Part shown: positions 59,401 through 64,000 of the stretch, piece after piece
Layout of the letters: every line of letters starts with the position of its first letter
How positions within the stretch are numbered: position 1 is the first letter of the stretch
NCBI RefSeq assembly: GCF_000143415.4
Contig: NW_003314386.1
Coordinates: forward strand, 104,852-168,851
Length of the DNA: 64,000 nucleotides
From: Selaginella moellendorffii
Taxonomy: Eukaryota; Plantae; Lycopodiophyta
Reading direction: 5' to 3'
Notes under the pieces: generated by a model
Seen by the model: the letters and a program-made list of their open reading frames with translations, nothing else
The model's database searches: none
What the model was told of the DNA's origin: nothing
Made by a program: the position numbers and the translations under genes

Positions 59401-60553
59401 GTTTCCAATCGCAGTGAGCACCTTCAAGCAGCAGCCACAAGGAGTAAGATCCAACTTCCCGTGCAGAGACGCAGAAAAGACTTTTTTACCTTTTGAAAGT
59501 GGCCAACTTGGTTAGTGGTGTCAACTAAATGCGCGGCCTTCCCGAAGAAGGTATGGACTCCCGTGGCAATCACAACCGCCTCAATCTCTCCTTGCTTGCA
59601 CGTCGATCCAGAGAAGACCTCATCACCTGGATTCTTGGTCACTGGGAGCGATTCTCCAGTCAGTGCCGACTGAATAATATCAAGTGTTAGAATCGTTCTT
59701 GAGCGACAGGAAAAACTTGCCATATCAGCGATAAGATATGATCAGACCTGGTCAATCTTCAGCGGATCACCATGGAGCAGCCTCGCGTCAGCTGGGATGA
59801 TATCACCGAGCTTGATGCTGATGATATCACCGGGAACTAAGATCTGAGCGTCTTGCTCCTGCCACTTGCCGTCCCTCAACACCTATAGGAAAACACCAAC
59901 GTTCTTTCAGCTCCTGACTGGAACTCGAGAACGTTACAAGGCAGCGAACAAAGATACCTTGGTTTTTGGAGCTAGCCGCGCCATTAGAGCGGCCGCGGCG
60001 TTCCCCGCATTGTTCTCCTCAATGAAAGAGATGGTGGAATTTATCACGAGGAGGATGACTATTCCCACAAAGTCTTCCCAGTCCGGCGGCTCTCCCTATA
60101 GTAACAAGCGAGAGCGAAGAGTCAACTAAGAGAGCCGAGAATAAAAAGTTTAAGTCCCTTACGTCTCCATTCGCAAGAACAATCGCCATGATAGCAGCCG
60201 CCTCCATGACCCAAGAGAGAGGATTCCACATAAATCCCAAGAACTTGAGGAATTTGCTCTCCTGGAGTAGCAAGGCAATGGAAATGAGCACCATGCAGGC
60301 AAAGATCGATCCATCGATCGCACCTTTTTCTCCTCGAGCTTGTTGTAGCCGAAGATCTTGAGCCGATTCTCTCCCTCGGTGCTGGTGAGACCAACCTCGG
60401 TACATTTGAGCTGCTGGAACACCTCCTCCACTGGAATTCGCTCCTGGAATCCCACCGATTGAGCGTTAGCGCTTGAAATTTCGAGCCAAGAACAGCGCCG
60501 CTCACCAGATCGACGTTCTCGTCAAGAACAAGCCCCTTGCCATCGGCCGCCAT
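56419..60553 (-). CDS. AHA: Plasma-membrane P3A H+-ATPase (AHA family), many short introns
   Basis: [37 protein letters not shown] and [16 protein letters not shown] motifs. C-terminal QQHYTV* carries the penultimate Thr (14-3-3 site). Confidence 0.96.
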
Positions 60554-60599
60554 GGTGTCTCTCCCGATCGGCGAAAAGCCCCCTCGCGGCAGGGATTCC

Positions 60600-60620
60600 C
60601 TACGCCGATCCGTCACTCAT
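60600..60620 (-). promoter_or_regulatory. Short upstream ORF (MSDGSA*) in the H+-ATPase 5' leader
   Basis: ATG AGT GAC GGA TCG GCG TAG ends 46 nt before the main ATG and lies just after a ttgcag acceptor-like site. Confidence 0.55.
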
Positions 60621-62523
60621 CCAGCTGCAAATCGCGCGACGCGGAATTAGAATCACAGCAAGACCATCGCCACGAAGAATATGAAAAGACACACACAAGA
60701 AAATCGATCAAGAAAAACCTTGGAGCTCTCCACCGGGAGAGAAAGAAAAGAGAACTATAGCCTAGGTAGAAATGTTTTTTGGGGGAACCTATCAATATAA
60801 GTATAAATATGGAATCGATCGAGCAATGAGCAAGTAAAGACGAGAAAAATGGCTCGAGAGGCGACTGGCGAGTGGAAGACGTTGCTATCGCGGCGCAAGA
60901 AAAAAAAGCATCGATCCAAATCGATCAAAGGGGTGACCTTTGTTAGCCTAAACCAGGAGCCAAGAAATATTTGCCTGTGGTTCTATAATTCACCAGAGCT
61001 GCGCCGGTTGGAGCACGTAAGTTCTCGCGCGAGGCGTCGAAAAAGAGGACTGGACCGCTTGGGGCGGGGTTAGCCGGGGTTTTTATACCTGGGCTACAAG
61101 AACACGACGACTGTGGAGGCCCAAGTGGCCCAATGGAAGGAAACCGGGAACGAGTTTTAATTTTGGGGGGAGATTTTTCTTTTTCCTTTCGTGGCAGGCT
61201 CTATAGAGTGGACCGCGAATTATTTTTCGCAGATGGAACCTTGGATACGACGACTTAAAACCCGGAGAGACCGCTTTACTTTATACAACAGGGGATGACC
61301 TCTTGACACTATTTGCCGCATATTGGGATTTGCTAAGGGTGGTTGACGCACGCATTGTGAAACTATTAGGTTAATGGATTAGTATTAGGCACAAGCCAAA
61401 GGTTGTGTCTTTTGTGGGGGGACATAAGTTGGCGGCATGGTCTGTGGAATCAGATAGTAAACAAAGGGTTTTTAAAGGTTGTAGCAAATGCCGCGGCGCG
61501 GCAAAGGAAATAGAGGTGGGAAAAGATTTGATCCAACGGCCGTCGACTTTTCCATCCCTATCGTTTTCTGGAACCTTTGAATTTGCGGTGACGGATATAC
61601 TCCACCCCTCCAACCGAGATTCCATTGCCCTTCTCGTCAACTCTGGGCGGCTTACGTGTATATTTTATATGCTTTTTGATTTTCTGCGTCCCACCTTTCA
61701 AGCTCACTGGGGAGCATGTTATCATCAATCATAATCGTCCCAAGTTGAAAAACGAAAAGAAAACTATCAAAAAAATCAAAATGCGAGAGATCGATCAAGG
61801 CGGCGTACTAGAGGGCGTTGGAATCTCGGGGCGAATCTATAGAGGCAACTTTGCTTTCGATTTCAATGCCAGCCTTTCTTTTTCGCAGTTGTGGGTGGAT
61901 TCACGGACGGGTGCGCAGCTTCCAGCCCTGGACCAGCTAAAATCTTCCCCTGGAATCTTCCCGGAATCTCCCTGGCTTGTAAGGCTCTTTGGTTGGTTAA
62001 ACAACTCCCTAAAGCCCTATCATTGACAACGAAAGATGCCTCCATTCCCTTGACAATCAAACAAAACCGGGGCTTATATATTTATGATCACGTAGTTTAA
62101 TCGTATCGGAGCTTAGCACGTTCGAATCCAACGAGAATCTCCACGCGACACATACAAACATTCAAGGTCCTGTGATGAATCGATCCCAAAACAAAAGCTT
62201 GAGAGCGCAAAATTGTCCATTGGCTTTGTCAAATTGTGCAGCGCCCTTGTGTGCACGGAAACGTTAACGAGAGAAAGAGTGACCATCTTTTCATTCCAAT
62301 GGCTGGACATGGTTGACTAGAGACGAAACCACTCGTCACGGGCTCGATTACCTGTCCCGGCAATGTCTCCCAAAAGTCAACACGCTGAGCCCTATTTTCT
62401 CGAAAATTCCACGACTCGCAAATGGTTAAAAACCGGGTTATTGTCAACGCAAGTCAATCTAAACCTAAATTCTAGAGCCCTAGAAATGATATACTTTAAA
62501 AATTTAGGGTTCTTGGGGAAGAA

Positions 62524-64000
62524 ATGGAGGAGCTCCTGGCGCCTCTGCTATGCGGGATCGACTACGCCCATGGAGGAGGCAAGACAATGCCGCTCACCAC
62601 GCCCGATCTCCAGCTCCTGTCAGAGAGGATGCAGGTACGCGCGGAGGAGATGAAGGATCGCGTCTTCGCCACCGTGAAGAGCCGCTACAGCAAGATTACG
62701 GAGCTCGCTCGTCGCGCTAGCACTGCCGCATTGGATGTAGAGGCCGTGGATTCCCAGCTCCGGGCTCTCCTGGACGATTCATCGCTCCGGATCGGGGATA
62801 CTTCTTTCGATTCCAAGCTGTGGAAGCTCTCGGCGGAGGTGAAGGGGATCAGGAGTGAGCTGAGGGTGAAAACATCGGCTTTGGCCGTGGTGAAATCCAC
62901 CGTCGAGGTCCGTGATCGCTTGCTAGCTGGGAAAGAGCTCTTCGATGCAGGCCAAATTCTAAGCGGTGCGAGGAAAATCGCCGAAGTGAAGGGAATCGTC
63001 GACGATGATGACGAAGATACGCTCTTGATGCATGAACTTCTCAAGCAGCTGTTATCAAGGATTTATTCCGAGGTATGTCTCCTTTCACCCTTTCAGGTTT
63101 ATTTTTTCATTCTTCTTTTCTTTTTTCCCAGGTGGATTCTCTACTTGCAGGCTTATGTTCTAAAGTTGTCTCCGTGAATTTTACTGAAGGAATATTGGCT
63201 GTGAACTTTGTGACAGTTGCGGGATCTCGACATAACTTTGTAGCAATACTGGAGACAATGGAGGTAGCTTTCTTGAAATCCAGGTTTGCGTTTTCACTGA
63301 ATTTCTCTTGACAGGTACTTGGACTCCTCGATGGCTTCCTTGGTCGTTTCACAGATAATTTGTGTAAGCTGTTGGCTCTCTTAGTCCACTCTGCTACTGT
63401 CGTGAGAGTGGAGCAAGACAGTGACCGTGCAGTACTAAGGATCACTAGAGACGAGAATGCAAGAGTAAGTTTCTTCTTTTTGTGTTTGTGATGATGTGTT
63501 AGTCTGTGATTTTTGTGAATTCCATTGAAACCAGGTAAATCAATCATCTGTAGAAGGCGTTTATAAAAAAGTACTGGACTTTGTAAAGTTTATCAACGAG
63601 CATCTTTTACACCGCCAGAAAGTATGGATGCTAAAGCTGGGCAGGTCGATTTGGCCAAGGCTTGCCGATATGATAATCCAGAATCACTTACGCAAGGTTA
63701 CAGTATTTTTGGTGATCCTGGTGGAGACTGACCTTTTGGATTGTGTTGCAGGCAATTCCTGCCGATCATACACAGTTCCAACATTTTGAACAGATTCAAA
63801 TCCTTACGTCAGAATTCGAAGAAGCTCTCGAAGCCGAAAACTTTGTCAGTGTGGACGACGAAGGTGGACTACTTAGCAACTTCACAGCCGATGTCGAGAT
63901 TCATTTTTCTGCGAACAAAAGAAAAGATTTGCTGGCTAAAGCTCGAGACATTATCATACGTTTTGATTATCGGTTGCTTCTGGTAAGTTCATTCACTACT
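62524..64000 (+). CDS. ZW10: Centromere/kinetochore protein ZW10 homolog, 5' part (continues beyond the window)
   Basis: N-terminal PLTTPDLQLLSERMQVRAEEMKDRV resembles plant ZW10. Later exons read KLGRSIWPRLADMIIQNHL and DVEIHFSANKRKDLLAKARDII, separated by GT-AG introns. Confidence 0.82.

Overview
Compact plant nuclear DNA. The ~50-70 nt introns, very short intergenic gaps and style of the PLS-class PPR genes suggest a lycophyte such as Selaginella (inference). From left to right: an intact-frame Ty3/gypsy gag-protease with an extra upstream ORF beside a decayed gypsy remnant (1-5.1 kb); a PHO1-like SPX fragment; a PPR gene; a decayed fungal-type MYND-finger/DUF4470 gene whose 3' end appears inverted; an unknown multi-pass membrane protein; a pectate lyase; OPI10/Hikeshi; ACX2; a second PPR gene; an intronless candidate permuted papain-like peptidase; and DDB2. 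A ~23 kb tandem array follows, in which a [PPR - CYP-C - CYP-B - CYP-A] cassette was amplified about 4 times. It holds 4 intact P450s, several P450 pseudogenes, 2 near-identical PPR genes, a GC-rich insert with a nested hAT transposon, and an internal inversion. Next is an AT-rich zone with a 77-bp-arm hairpin, then a plasma-membrane H+-ATPase (GC-AG intron, uORF) and the 5' part of ZW10. No rRNA, tRNA or CRISPR was recognised. Family assignments come from motif recognition by eye, not database searches.
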